DNA of 61,528 nt, the filler included, from Nemertoderma westbladi (taxonomy: Eukaryota; Animalia; Xenacoelomorpha), in NCBI GenBank assembly GCA_032718475.1. It is 3 parts of 3 records of this genome, joined end to end, with 100 filler letters (N's around TTAATTAATTAA, not from the genome) between each part and the next. Parts side by side here need not be neighbours in the genome. Positions count along the whole stretch, not along the records: positions 1 to 31,260 come from JAUCBJ010008870.1; positions 31,361 to 54,309 come from JAUCBJ010003951.1; 1 more part is not named here. One strand, written 5' to 3'. This document shows, piece after piece, positions 24,901-36,725 of this stretch. The notes beneath the pieces are model-generated. The model was not told where the DNA came from. It saw only the letters and a list, made by a program, of their open reading frames with translations, and ran no database searches. The first letter of the stretch is position 1. Every line of letters starts with the position of its first letter. The translations under genes and the position numbers were made by a program.

Positions 24901-27900
24901 AGTGTGAAGGAGTACGGAACTAGTGGGTAGGAGTACGGAACTAGTGGGGAGTAGTACGGAACTAGTGGGGAGGAGTACGGAACTAGTGGGTAGGAGTACG
25001 GAAATAGTGGGGAGGAGTACGGAACTAGTGGGGAGGAGTACGGAACTAGTGGGGAGGAGTACGGAACTAGTGGGAAGGAGTACGGAACTAGTGGGTAGGA
25101 GTACGGAACTAGTGGGTAGGAGTACGGGACTAGTGGGGAGGAGTACGGAACTAGTGGGGAGGAGTACGGAACTAGTGGGGAGGAGTACGGAACTAGTGGG
25201 TAGGAGTACGGAACTAGTGGGGAGGAGTACGGAACTAGTGGGGAGGAGTACGGACTATTGGGGAGGAGTACGGAACTAGTGTGAAGGAGTACGGAACTAG
25301 TGGGTAGCAGTACGGAGATAGTGGGGAGGAGTACGGAACTAGTGGGGAGGAGTACGGAACTAGTGGGGAGGAGTACGGACTATTGAGGAGGAGTACTGAA
25401 CTAGTGGGTAGGAGTACGGAAATAGTGGGGAGGAGTACGGAACTAGTGGGGAGGAGTACGGAAATAGTGGGGAGGAGTACGGAACTAGTGGGGAGGAGTA
25501 CGGAACTAGTGGGGAGGAGTACGGACTATTGGGGAGGAGTACGGAACTAGTGGGGAGGAGTACGGAACTAGTGTGAAGGAGTACGGAACTAGTGGGTAGG
25601 AGTACGGAAATAGTGGGTAGGAGTACGGAACTAGTGGGTAGGAGTACGGAACTAGTGTGAAGGAGTACGGAACTAGTGGGTAGGAGTACGGAACTAGTGG
25701 GGAGGAGTACGGAACTAGTGGGGAGGAGTACGGAACTAGTGGGTAGGAGTACGGAACTAGTGGGGAGGAGTACGGAACTAGTGGGGAGGAGTACAGAACT
25801 AGTGGGGAGGAGTACGGAACTAGTGGGGAGGAATACGGAACTAGTGATGCGGAGTACGGACTATTGGGGAGGAGTACGTAACTAGTGGGTAGGAGTACGG
25901 AACTAGTGGGTAGGAGTACGGAACTAGTGGGGAGGAGTACGGACCTAGTGGGGAGGAGTACGGACTATTGGGGAGGAGTACGGAACTAGTGGGTAGGAGT
26001 ACGGAACTAGTGGGTAGGAGTACGGAACTAGTGGGTAGGAGTACGGAACTAGTGGGGAGGAGTACAGAACTAGTGGGGAGGAGTACGGACTATTGGTGAG
26101 GAGTACGGAACTAGTGGGTAGGAGTACGGAACTAGTGGGTAGGAGTACGGAACTAGTGGGTAGGAGTACGGAACTAGTGGGTAGGAGTACGGAACTAGTG
26201 GGGAGGAGTAGGCTACGGAACTAGTGGGGAGGAGTACGGAACTAATGGGGAGGACTACGGACTATTGGGGAGGAGTACGGAACTAGTGGGTAGGAGTACG
26301 GAACTAGTGGGGAGGAGTACGGAACTAGTGGGGAGGAGTACAGAACTAGTGGGGAGGAGTACGGACTATTGGGGAGGAGTACGGAACTAGTGGGTAGGAG
26401 TACGGAACTAGTGGGTAGGAGTACGGAACTAGTGGGTAGGAGTACGGAACTACTGGGTAGGAGTACGGAACTAGTGGGGAGGAGTACGGAACTAGTGGGG
26501 AGGAGTACGGAACTAGTGGGGAGGAGTACGGACTATTGGGGAGGAGTACGGAACTAGTGTGAAGGAGTACGGAACTAGTGGGTAGGAGTACGGAAATAGT
26601 GGGGAGGAGTACGGAACTAGTGGGGAGGAGTACGTAACTAGTGGGTAGGAGTACGGAACTAGTGGGGAGGAGTACGGAACTAGTGGGGAGGAGTACGGAC
26701 TATTGGGGAGGAGTAGGGAACTAGTGTGAAGGAGTACGGAACTAGTGGGTAGGAGTACGGAAATAGTGGGGAAGAGTACGGAACTAGTGGGGAGGAGTAC
26801 GGAACTAGTGGGGAGGAGTACGGACTATTGGGGAGGAGTACTGAACTAGTGGGTAGGAGTACGGAAATAGTGTGAAGGAGTACGGAACTAGTGGGTAGGA
26901 GTACGGAAATAGTGGGGAGGAGTACGGAACTAGTGGGGAGGAGTACGGGACTAGTGGGGAGGAGTACGGAACTAGTGGGGAGGAGTACGGAACTAGTGGG
27001 GAGGAGTACGGACTATTGGGGAGGAGTACTGAACTAGTGGGTAGGAGTACGGAAATAGTGGGGAGGAGTACGGAACTAGTGGGTAGGAGTACGGAAATAG
27101 TGGGGAGAAATACGGAACTAGTGGGGAGGAGTACGACCTATTGGGGAGGAGTAGGGAACTAGTCCGGAGGAGTACGGAACTAGTGGGGAGGAGTACGGGA
27201 CTAGTGGTGAGGAGCACGGAACTAGTGGGGAGGAGTACGGAACTAGTGGGGAGGAGTACGGAACTAGTGGGGAGGAGTACGGAAATAGAGGGGAGGAGTA
27301 CGGAACTAGTGGGGAGGAGTACGGACTATTGGGGAGGAGTACGGAACTAGTGGGGAGGAGTACGGAACTAGTGGTGAGGAGCACGGAACTAATGGGGAGG
27401 ACTACGGACTATTGGGGAGGAGTACGGAACTAGTGGGGAGGAGTACGGAACTAGTGGGGAGGAGTACGGAACTAGTGGGGAGGAGTACGGAACTAGTGGG
27501 TAGGAGTACGGAACTAGTGGGGAGGAGTACGGAAATAGAGGGGAGGAGTACGGAACTAGTGGGGATGAGTACGGACTATTGGGGAGGAGTACGGACTATT
27601 GGGGAGGAGTACGGAACTAGTGGGGAGGAGTACGGAACTAGTGGGTAGGAGTACGGAACTAGTGGTGAGGAGCACGGAACTAATGGGGAGGACTACGGAC
27701 TATTGGGGAGGAGTACGGAACTAGTGGGGAGGAGTACGGAACTAGTGGGGAGGAGTACGGAACTAGTGGGTAGGAGTACGGAACTAGTGGGGAGGAGTAC
27801 GGAACTAGTGGGGAGGAGTACGGAACTAGTGGTGAGGAGCACGGAACTAATGGGGAGGAGTACGGAACTAGTGGGGAGGAGTACGGAACTGGTGGGGAGG

Positions 27901-28577
27901 AGTACGGAACTAGTGGGGAGGAGTACGGAACTGGTGGGGAGGAGTACGGAACTAGTGGGGAGGAGTACGGAACTAGTGGGTAGGAGTACGGAACTAGTGG
28001 GTAGGAGTACGGAACTAGTGGGGAGGAGTACGGACTATTGGGGAGGAGTACGGAACTAGTGGGGAGGAGTACGGAACTAGTGGGGAGGAGTACGGACTAG
28101 TGGGGAGGAGTACGGAACTAGTGGGTAGGAGTACGGAAATAGTGGGGAGGAGTACGGAACTAGTGGGGAGGAGTACGGAACTAGTGGGGAGGAGTACGGA
28201 CTATTGGGGAGGAGTACTGAACTAGTGGGTAGGAGTACGGAAATAGTGGGGAGGAGTACGGAACTAGTGGGTAGGAGTACGGAACTAGTGGGGAGGAGTA
28301 CGGAACTAGTGGGTAGGAGTACGGAACTAGTGGGGAGGAGTACGGACTATTGGGGAGGAGTACATAACTAGTGGGGATGAGTACGGAACTAGTGGGGAGG
28401 AGTACGGACTATTGGGGAGGAGTACGAAACTAGTTGGGAGGAGTACATAACTAGTGGGGAGGAGTACGGAACTAGTGGGTAGGAGTACGGAACTAGTGGG
28501 GAGGAGTACGGAACTAGTGGGGAGGAGTACGGAACTAGTGGGGAGGAGTACGGAACTAGTGTGGAGGACTACGGAAA
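18907..28577. repeat. G-rich 21-bp satellite (GGAACTAGTGGGGAGGAGTAC, with a 20-bp variant GGACTATTGGGGAGGAGTAC), about 8 kb, interrupted by a LINE
   Basis: Hundreds of tandem monomers at 18907-20112 and 21834-28577; variant monomers recur in fixed order (higher-order blocks). Confidence 0.98.
20113..21833 (-). mobile_element. 5'-truncated L2-clade LINE with intact RT C-terminal ORF and (TTGA)n tail
   Basis: ORF 20456-21769: QSAYR..HSTET, LLDLSAAFDTVD, GFPQGS, FADD, KTEF, RNLG, SRLDYCNSL, HITPILKRLHWLPV. The 3' end has AATAAA then (TTGA)n at 20113-20141. Confidence 0.93.
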
Positions 28578-28922
28578 TACATATTCTTCAACATGTATTT
28601 CATAAAACATTACATTGATTTCAGGTCTAATTGGGTTCATTTTTTTGGCTAGAGTTCCGTATAGAGCAACAATTTTTTAAAACATATATCATTGTTACTA
28701 TGGTAACATTGAAGAGTTCTAGAACAATAGAAAAGTATCATATAATATTCTAGAACATAAATATAATAAAAAATATAATGTTCTAGAACATACAGCGAGT
28801 CTTCTATTAATTAGAAAATAGCTAGTAAATTTAAAAAAAATTATTTTTAAATAAATTTCTGAATACATTTAAATTAATCTTGATTAAAGAATGTTTTTGT
28901 ATAACGATGTAGGCCTAACTTA

Positions 28923-29789
28923 TAGTCCGGCAGCCACGTACCTCTTTTTGGCCCAACCGAAAATTTTTGGACGGATTACATTTTTTGGATGTTTTGGTGT
29001 CTAGGGGTCCCACTTAACATAAAAAAGTGATTTATGGACTTTGACACCTTGGGCAATTTGAATTAATGACCCGTTTCTATGGACTACAGCAATTTATTTG
29101 AAAGCTTAGCAATCAGAATGGCGATTAACTGGTGGGCTTGAACTGGTTGTAATTTTGATCGAAAATATGAAAATTTTAGAGAAACTATTGAAATGTTGGT
29201 ATGGTAACGAAGGCACTACAACTATCGCTCTATCTTTCCAAGGAAAAACTACTATGCCTACTGACACTCATGTGTTTTTTGTTTCGTCTGCGCACTTTAT
29301 TAGGTATTAGTATGGCCTGTGACCCCACTTTTTGATGAAAAAAACTATCTAGTAATTTATGATATACTAGCTACATATGTTGGTATTATGTTTGCCCCAC
29401 TCAAGTTCTACATTCTGGAACATTTTTCTGCATATTTTATAACTAATTGTATAATTAAAGGCGTTTGAAATCGCAACACTAAACTTGAATGCCGTCCCCA
29501 TAACAACTGGATCTAACAATCAGTCAAAAAAGATTGTCATTATTTCGTAAATGAACTACATATTGACTTTGTAGAAGATTTCAATCCATTATGACATGCT
29601 GATTGCAGTTGCTATGCTTTAAATGAGAATTACGTGGTCCTTAGCAACTAGGTCGTTATTTCAAAATGCCCAAAGTCAAAAATGTTATAATCGCCATTTC
29701 CTCATTAAGTGGGACCTATAGAACTCAAAACATCAAAAAAATTGAATCCGTCCAAAAATTTTCGGTATACCATTGTGGCTGCCGGACTA
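28923..29789. mobile_element. Academ-like non-autonomous DNA transposon (TAG termini, 3-bp TSD)
   Basis: TIR TAGTCCGGCAGCCAC / GTGGCTGCCGGACTA, second inverted block CCGAAAATTTTTGGACGGATT / AATCCGTCCAAAAATTTTCGG, and TTA on both sides. Confidence 0.8.
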
Positions 29790-30856
29790 TTAGTTTATTT
29801 CTCCAATGGGTATTGGCTTTTGTTGGTCTTTAATATTAATTTTCCTTTTCTTATGTTGCCTCACATTGTTTCTGTCAGTTTATCGGGGAATATCTCGTCA
29901 TAGTTAAAATGACGCTTAAGATTTACATATTACTTACGAGTTAAAATGAACTCACATAAAATTTCTGTCGTCGTAAATTTTTCTTATTTATGGTATTGTA
30001 TGGTATTTATTTATGTTTGTGCATTTCGCATCCCAAACATTTTTTAAAATTTTTTTTAATTACTAGCAATTTTAAATTTGAAAAACATCTAGCTATGTGT
30101 TCTAGGACATTATATTTTTTATTTTATTTATGTTCTAGAATGGTGTATAATATTTATATTTTGTTACAGAATTCTACAACGTTGCCCTGGTAACAATGAT
30201 TTATGTTATAAAAATGTAGTTCTATATGGAAATGTTATATACCTTTTGTTTATTTTGATTTAATAATGTTTCAATTTGATTTCAATTCGATTCGTTTTTG
30301 AAAAATTACATAATAACTTCAACAAGTGCCATTTGGATTTTATAAGTCACATTTCGATTTCAGAATGCGTCGTTTGGATTTCAAAAAGTTGAGTTTGGAA
30401 TTTTCCAGTTTTCGTTGGTTTCACGGGAAAGACCCTGTGAAAAAACAACAGAGGGCAATTTTACTTAAAAAAATAATTTTGGCCAAAATTTAGCGCTTTT
30501 AAAACGCAAAATAGTCAAAATGATTTAAATTAATTTTCTAGATAAATATTTATTTCGCCCAACTTAAAAACAGTTATATCATAAATATTTTATTCATTAA
30601 TATATTTTGCAACAGTTTAATTCTGAAAAAATCAATGTTTTCACAAATCTTTTTATATTTTCATAAAAAAATACTTGCTAATAAAAAAAAAAACACTAGC
30701 TAACTTAATATATAATATCTAGTAATGTTCTAGAGCATTAACCAATAAATATAATAAATTAGTAATTATTTTTTTAAACTAGCTATTGATTTTAAAAATT
30801 GTGAAAATTTTTTTTTTGAAAACAACTATATTTTTACATATTTTTTGAAAAAATTT

Positions 30857-30934
30857 GGTGGGGTGTGTATGCATACTGAACCAGTATCGCTGATCGCTGA
30901 ACGGTACTGGTTCAGTATGCGTACACCCCCACCA
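30857..30934. repeat. Near-perfect GC-rich inverted repeat (about 33-bp stem)
   Basis: TGGTGGGGTGTGTATGCATACTGAACCAGTATCG - CTGATCGCTGAA - CGGTACTGGTTCAGTATGCGTACACCCCCACCA. Confidence 0.85.
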
Positions 30935-31260
30935 TATTTTTTATACTAATTAGTTTTTTATAATTTATTTTTTTAATGTTCTAGTTGTTAGCTATTTGCT
31001 TATGAAAAATAATGTTCTATAACAAATATTTTTATTCTGGAACATCTTTTTAGAAAATCTAAAGGTTTGTATTAAATGAGTTCGTTATATCAACAGTATT
31101 TAGATTTTAATGATTCTATGGAAACATTATTCTCTTTTATAAAACTAGCTAGTCCTATACACTATGTGCCACTTTGTGCGTAGAAATCGTTATGGGGTAC
31201 TAGTACCATAGGCCCTATGTGTCTCAAATTTTTATGTATTGTGTAACCAATTTTTTTCAT

Positions 31261-31360
31261 NNNNNNNNNNNNNNNNNNNNNNNNNNNNNNNNNNNNNNNN
31301 NNNNTTAATTAATTAANNNNNNNNNNNNNNNNNNNNNNNNNNNNNNNNNNNNNNNNNNNN
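31261..31360. other. Assembly gap with artificial linker
   Basis: N-run / TTAATTAATTAA / N-run, 100 nt; an identical structure is at 54310-54409. Confidence 0.97.
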
Positions 31361-31657
31361 GAAGGAGTGACTACTGTCCGTGCCTGTCTATTATCAATTG
31401 TCTGGCCGTTATAAGTACCGCACTGCAATACATACTAATACTAGTTACCGGTATCAAAACCTCCACCAGTAGGCCTATCTACCATGGCCTACTTTATACA
31501 CAATATACTAATATACCAACTCCTCTTTTTCGAGATCCAATATTAATAGTATAAGTAAATGGTTAAGTAATCTTCCAGTTTATATAAAATTCATTATGGA
31601 TCTTCCTGAGTTAAAATCTTAGCAGTGTTAAAATATAATCAGAAAATTAAAACATCT

Positions 31658-34600
31658 TCAGCCGAAAGAGTTGTAAGTTAATCTTTCTGGTGGTTTGCAG
31701 ATTCGCCCTGATCGTCGGTTCACTGGAGAATCCATGGAGGGTTGTATGTCTGTTTGTAAGTTTCGGGGTCTAGTGTATGAGTCTGTTGTTGGTCTATTCA
31801 CATCATTAGCAGAACTACTCATTTGGTTGTTGGAACTGGAATCAATATTTAATAATTCGGGTTGTATGGGTCGAAGGTAACATCTGTTTCGCCATAGAAC
31901 GCGTCCTGATGCGAAACGGAGCCTGTATCGTCGATGATTGTCCGTTTCGACTACTAAAGCCAACTTATCCCATCTATGAGAATTTAGATCTCTTACTATA
32001 ACGGTGGAGCCAACTTTTATATTTTTTAATGCAACTGCACTTCGATTATAATAATATCTCCGTTTATCAGCAGTGTTTAAGCGGTTTCTATCAGCAATGT
32101 CTGCATCTTTCTGCCACTCGCTACAATAGGATCTCCAATGAGTTGGGACGAGTGATCGTAAGGGATGACCGAATACTCGTTGCGCTGGGGATAATCCATC
32201 TTCATTTGGAGTATTTCGTAATTCTAGTAGGCCCGCTAGAAAATCATCCGAATTTATATTGCCACCAGTTTTGGCCAACAAATATTTTATCTTTTTCACA
32301 TTCACCTCTGCGTGTCCATTACTTTTTGGATATCCTGGGGTTGATGATTGCCACTTGACTCCCCATTTTCTAAAAAATTGCTGTGTTTCTTCAGCTGCAA
32401 ATTGAGACCCATTGTCTGATGAAAGGATGTTAGGGACTCCCAACATTGCGAAATATTGTCTCAATACCTTTATATTATCAGATGCTGTAGGTGCATTCTT
32501 AAACTTATCAACAAGGGGGTAACCCGAAGTGCGATCAACATATACTATATAGTATGCTCCACCATACTGAAAAAAATCTGCTGACACAGATTGAAAAATT
32601 CGAGCCGGAATGATGTGTTGCAACATTGGTTCAGTTGGAAGGGATGGGCGAAAATGTTGACATTCTAAACAAGTTTCAACAGTATTTGTGATATCAGAAT
32701 TAAATCCAGGCCAGTAAACGCACTGACGTGCCCGTCTCTTAGTTCTTTCTATTCCCTGGTGACTTGCGTGTAACCGCTTCAATATATCTTTTACCCCAGA
32801 TGGTGGAACAACAATTTGAGCACCTTTCAGAATCAAGCCATCATCTATCGACAATTCTCCACAAATCTTTCTGAATTGTTGAACATAGGCACTAAATTCT
32901 GAATCTTTCATTATAAAATCATTGCGTATAGCATCAATCAATAGCAAATAATCACTATCGGATTTCGCACATTCCTTCAATTTATCTAGAGTAATATCTG
33001 GAATATCACCATTTATGGCTGCCTCATTAACTGCATTTAAAAATATAGCAGACTGTTCATATATCAGTTCATCATCTGAGTCATCATTATTGCTATCTGG
33101 ATCTGAAATCGGGGCTCTTGATAAAGCATCTGGTATTAAATGTTCTTTTCCTTTTTTCCATACAACATTGAAGTTATAACTGGACAATTTAGAACGGTAA
33201 TTTAATACCCTGGTATTCTCTATATCAATCAGACCATATCGGTTGAACATTGTTTCTAGGGGTTTGTGATCTGTTATTACAGTGAATGATTCTAATCCTG
33301 CTAAATAAACATGACATTTTCGAATCGACCATAAGATTGCCAAGGCTTCCAATTCAACTATAGCATATCTGGTTTCAGCTTCTTTTAAAAATCTGCTTCC
33401 GCACTGTATAAGTTTCCAATATCCTGATTGTTTTTGCAATAAAACAAAACCAATGCCATGTAAGCGAGAAACGTCCGTTTGCAAACAGGTCTCTGCATTC
33501 GGGTCAAACATTCCAAGAACAGGGGGTCTTAGTAAAGCAGCTTTGACTTTTTTGAAAGACTGGTTATGTTCTGGTAACCATATGAATTCGTTTCTCGAAC
33601 TTAATAATCCACGAAGGGGACTAGCTGCAGATGCAACTTCCGAACTAAAAGAACCCAATTGGTTCACGAGACCTAGGAAGCTTCGGAGGTCAGTCCGAGT
33701 GGTAGGTATTGGAAAGTCTGAAATGGCATTCACTTTGTTGGGGTCTGCTGATATGTTTCCATGTGATATTTTATATCCAACAAAATCAATCTCTTTGGAT
33801 ATAAGAATAGATTTATTTTTGTTTACAGTAAGATTATAATATGCGCATCTTTCTAGGACATCACAAACGGTGCTCACAAGTTTTCTGATAGTTGGAGACC
33901 CCATAGCAATGTCATCTGTAACTTTCTGAACATTTAATCCTATGAAAGCCTGATCACCACGGTATGAAAAGCTATCGCCTGTTGAAATAAATCCCATAGG
34001 GGAACGTAAAAACTTAAATTTTCCAAATGGTGTGATAAACACAGTTAACTCTTGTGATTTAGTATCAAGCGGCATTTGCCAGTATCCTTTCACTAAGTCA
34101 ATCTTAGCAAAATAGTTGTCTTCTATTGTTAAACCAGATATTGCTTCTTTTGGTGTTTTTGTGTGGTAAGAAGTTCGTAAAACCTGGCAATTTAATTTGG
34201 TTAAGTCTACGCAGAGACGTACATCGCCATTTGGTTTTGGGGCCACAACTAATGGATGACACCAAACAGTTGGAAAATCGCCAACAGGTTCTATAATTTT
34301 TCTTTGAACCATATAATCTAAATTATGTTTGACTTTATCTCTTAAAGCATAAGGGATTTGACGGGCAGTATGAACTGCATATGGTACTGCATTTGGTTTT
34401 AGTGTTATTGTCATTGGGTTTCCAACCTTTTCACCACACATAGGCCTAAGTTCTCTAGCATCATCAAATACAATTGAATAAATGCTGTATATTTTACAGT
34501 TAATTTCATTCAAAAGTTCATGTGATAAATTGCTGGTGTTGTTAGGTAAATTATTCAGCCAATCAGAACGGTTTGGCCAAATATCCGAATTGGGGCATGA

Positions 34601-36478
34601 TGCTTCTTTTATACTGTGCGCTGCTGAATTGCAGTCGTTTTTTGTACATTCATCTATAGCAAGACCAGATGTGGACAATGATGTGGGTGTTATAGTTGAC
34701 ACTGAAACATTATCATTCCCCATAGGTTTTGGAAATATTGAACTTACAATTGTTAACTGTTTGCAAGTCTCTAGAGATAAATACAATCCCTGAACATCGA
34801 AACAAACTACAATAGTTGTACTGGTTGTATGTATCCCGACTGATATAATTGCTTTAAATGTACCAACTTGTTCCAAAATTGTTCGACCAACAGTAAAAAT
34901 GCGACATTTTATCTTGGGACCAAGCACACATTTGTTGACTAATCCACTCTCATTAAACATATCAATACCCATAACTGTAGCACCTGCACCTGTATCAGCC
35001 CAAGCTGTAACACTACATTGAAACTGGGAATCATTCAATGTCAAGTTTACTTCAATTAATGGTTTAACACCAGCAATGGCACCACAAATCGATGTGTTTA
35101 TAAATAAATCATGATTTTCCTCTTCATTCATGTATAGTGAATCTATAAATAAAACTGAATCATCTCCTAATTCATCCTCTTCAAAAGAATCACTTTGATT
35201 GGAGAGGTTGATTGCAGCTAATTTTTGTGATGGACACACAATGGAATAATGTCCCTTGCCATCACAACAAACACATGTTGAATTTAATGCAGGGCACTTA
35301 TTCATTGTCTGATGACCACGTTGACCGCACTGGCCACATCGATCAGTATTAATAAAATCTTTTTTCTTTATTTCCTTAATTCTAGGTTTACTAACTTTGC
35401 GGGATTTGTCATCACTTTGTTTTACATTCCATTTTCTCTTATTATATTCAGTTCTATTTATATTAATAGATGTATCAACACAATGACTTACCTTTCCTAA
35501 GCTTTTAGAAGCTATTCGTGCAGATTCTAATGTAATTATAAATTTTCGTGATGCATTGAAATCTAGTGGCGGATCCTGGGCGATTAGTTTTTCGCGGTCT
35601 TGATCGTTGGATATCGCAAGTATTAATAATGCAGTATGCAACCTATCTGCTGTAACAGTTGATGTACTGGCATACTCTCCCAACTCGATTATTTCGTTAC
35701 ACACAGAAGTATAACTTTGGCTTTCTTTCTGTCTTATTGAAAGCAATGACCGCCAATCCAAATTTGCGTTACGGAGTGAACGAAGATATTCTTGAATATG
35801 AGTATGAATTTCTTCAATATCTAAATCAGTATCTGCAGGGATTGATAGCGTGCGATGAATAATAGTTAAAAATCCTGGGGAGCAACAATCCCAAAAACAT
35901 GCAACTTGTTTGGTCTGGCTTCGCGATTCAAGATCCATTAAGTTATAGTAATTATTCCACAGAGCTCGCCATTCCTTAAACCTTCTAAAATCTGTATCCG
36001 ATTCCAGTGTTACAGGGCGTCGAGCTGTTATTTTAGGTAAGTTATCCTGTAGTTCTCTACCCCGCCACTGTCTTTCATCAGTAGGCCTAATTGAGGATGT
36101 ACTGGAATTGGCCATGGCAGCCGCAATAGCTATTTCACGCGCATTGTGAGCATTGGCCAGAGTTTCAAACTCAGCTAGTTGCTCTTGTGCTTTAAGTAGA
36201 TCTTCCTCGAAATCGTCAATATCTTTGTCCCCATCTGTTGCTACTGCATCTGGGTGACACAAAACGGCCATATCGCTCTCTCTAAAACGGTCAAACTTCT
36301 TCGACCAGTCACTAATCCGTATCGAAATCTGCGTCGGAAATGAACGATCTACTGGTTCAATTGCCTCGTAACTTCCGATCACTGCTAGGCCAGCACGTTG
36401 AGCTTTGGTTACAGCAGATTTAAAACCCCGCCGAGATGCCTTCAAACCAGAAATATCAAGGCCTGCTTTAGTCGTCAT
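31658..36478 (-). CDS. Gypsy gag-pol polyprotein (1606 aa)
   Basis: Two CCHC knuckles (CGQCGQRGHQTMNKC, CVCCDGKGHYSIVC), protease ADTGA, RT (RLCVDL, KIDLVKGYWQ, PMG, VTDD), RNase H (TDVS, ELEAL, TDHKPL, DALSR) and integrase (H..H..C..C, ADFF, SDNG, NGHAE), in PR-RT-RH-IN order. Confidence 0.97.
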   Translation of the reverse strand: MTTKAGLDISGLKASRRGFKSAVTKAQRAGLAVIGSYEAIEPVDRSFPTQISIRISDWSKKFDRFRESDMAVLCHPDAVATDGDKDIDDFEEDLLKAQEQLAEFETLANAHNAREIAIAAAMANSSTSSIRPTDERQWRGRELQDNLPKITARRPVTLESDTDFRRFKEWRALWNNYYNLMDLESRSQTKQVACFWDCCSPGFLTIIHRTLSIPADTDLDIEEIHTHIQEYLRSLRNANLDWRSLLSIRQKESQSYTSVCNEIIELGEYASTSTVTADRLHTALLILAISNDQDREKLIAQDPPLDFNASRKFIITLESARIASKSLGKVSHCVDTSININRTEYNKRKWNVKQSDDKSRKVSKPRIKEIKKKDFINTDRCGQCGQRGHQTMNKCPALNSTCVCCDGKGHYSIVCPSQKLAAINLSNQSDSFEEDELGDDSVLFIDSLYMNEEENHDLFINTSICGAIAGVKPLIEVNLTLNDSQFQCSVTAWADTGAGATVMGIDMFNESGLVNKCVLGPKIKCRIFTVGRTILEQVGTFKAIISVGIHTTSTTIVVCFDVQGLYLSLETCKQLTIVSSIFPKPMGNDNVSVSTITPTSLSTSGLAIDECTKNDCNSAAHSIKEASCPNSDIWPNRSDWLNNLPNNTSNLSHELLNEINCKIYSIYSIVFDDARELRPMCGEKVGNPMTITLKPNAVPYAVHTARQIPYALRDKVKHNLDYMVQRKIIEPVGDFPTVWCHPLVVAPKPNGDVRLCVDLTKLNCQVLRTSYHTKTPKEAISGLTIEDNYFAKIDLVKGYWQMPLDTKSQELTVFITPFGKFKFLRSPMGFISTGDSFSYRGDQAFIGLNVQKVTDDIAMGSPTIRKLVSTVCDVLERCAYYNLTVNKNKSILISKEIDFVGYKISHGNISADPNKVNAISDFPIPTTRTDLRSFLGLVNQLGSFSSEVASAASPLRGLLSSRNEFIWLPEHNQSFKKVKAALLRPPVLGMFDPNAETCLQTDVSRLHGIGFVLLQKQSGYWKLIQCGSRFLKEAETRYAIVELEALAILWSIRKCHVYLAGLESFTVITDHKPLETMFNRYGLIDIENTRVLNYRSKLSSYNFNVVWKKGKEHLIPDALSRAPISDPDSNNDDSDDELIYEQSAIFLNAVNEAAINGDIPDITLDKLKECAKSDSDYLLLIDAIRNDFIMKDSEFSAYVQQFRKICGELSIDDGLILKGAQIVVPPSGVKDILKRLHASHQGIERTKRRARQCVYWPGFNSDITNTVETCLECQHFRPSLPTEPMLQHIIPARIFQSVSADFFQYGGAYYIVYVDRTSGYPLVDKFKNAPTASDNIKVLRQYFAMLGVPNILSSDNGSQFAAEETQQFFRKWGVKWQSSTPGYPKSNGHAEVNVKKIKYLLAKTGGNINSDDFLAGLLELRNTPNEDGLSPAQRVFGHPLRSLVPTHWRSYCSEWQKDADIADRNRLNTADKRRYYYNRSAVALKNIKVGSTVIVRDLNSHRWDKLALVVETDNHRRYRLRFASGRVLWRNRCYLRPIQPELLNIDSSSNNQMSSSANDVNRPTTDSYTRPRNLQTDIQPSMDSPVNRRSGRICKPPERLTYNSFG

Positions 36479-36707
36479 TGTTCAGCTTTCACCTGATAAT
36501 GGTGGACAAGAGCTATCCAGCCCTAGTTGCCTAGCTGATATTTAGTACCGGTATTACACTACCAGTACTTCAGTCAGTCAGTACTTGCAGTCCTGCGCAC
36601 TGCAGGTTCGGTAAGTTGACGCCGTATAGCATAAATAATAGAGTGGTCCTTCTGTCTCACATAAAACTAGAACACACTGTTCATAATATAGTAGTTTTAT
36701 CAGTAAG

Positions 36708-36725
36708 ATCCTACTCGCAGCGCCA
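36708..36725 (-). promoter_or_regulatory. Primer-binding site (tRNA-Ser-like) of the Gypsy element
   Basis: + strand ATCCTACTCGCAGCGCCA looks like a tRNA 3' end with CCA and lies directly next to the LTR. The Ser assignment is from remembered tRNA ends and was not searched. Confidence 0.8.

Noticed and set aside
18902-28059. Many ORFs encoding GRSTELV / EEYGTSG repeats
   Set aside because: By-products of a 21-bp satellite; 20-bp variants break the frames at random.
31305-31316. TTAATTAATTAA palindrome between N-runs (also 54354-54365)
   Set aside because: Artificial scaffolding linker with stops in all frames, not biological.
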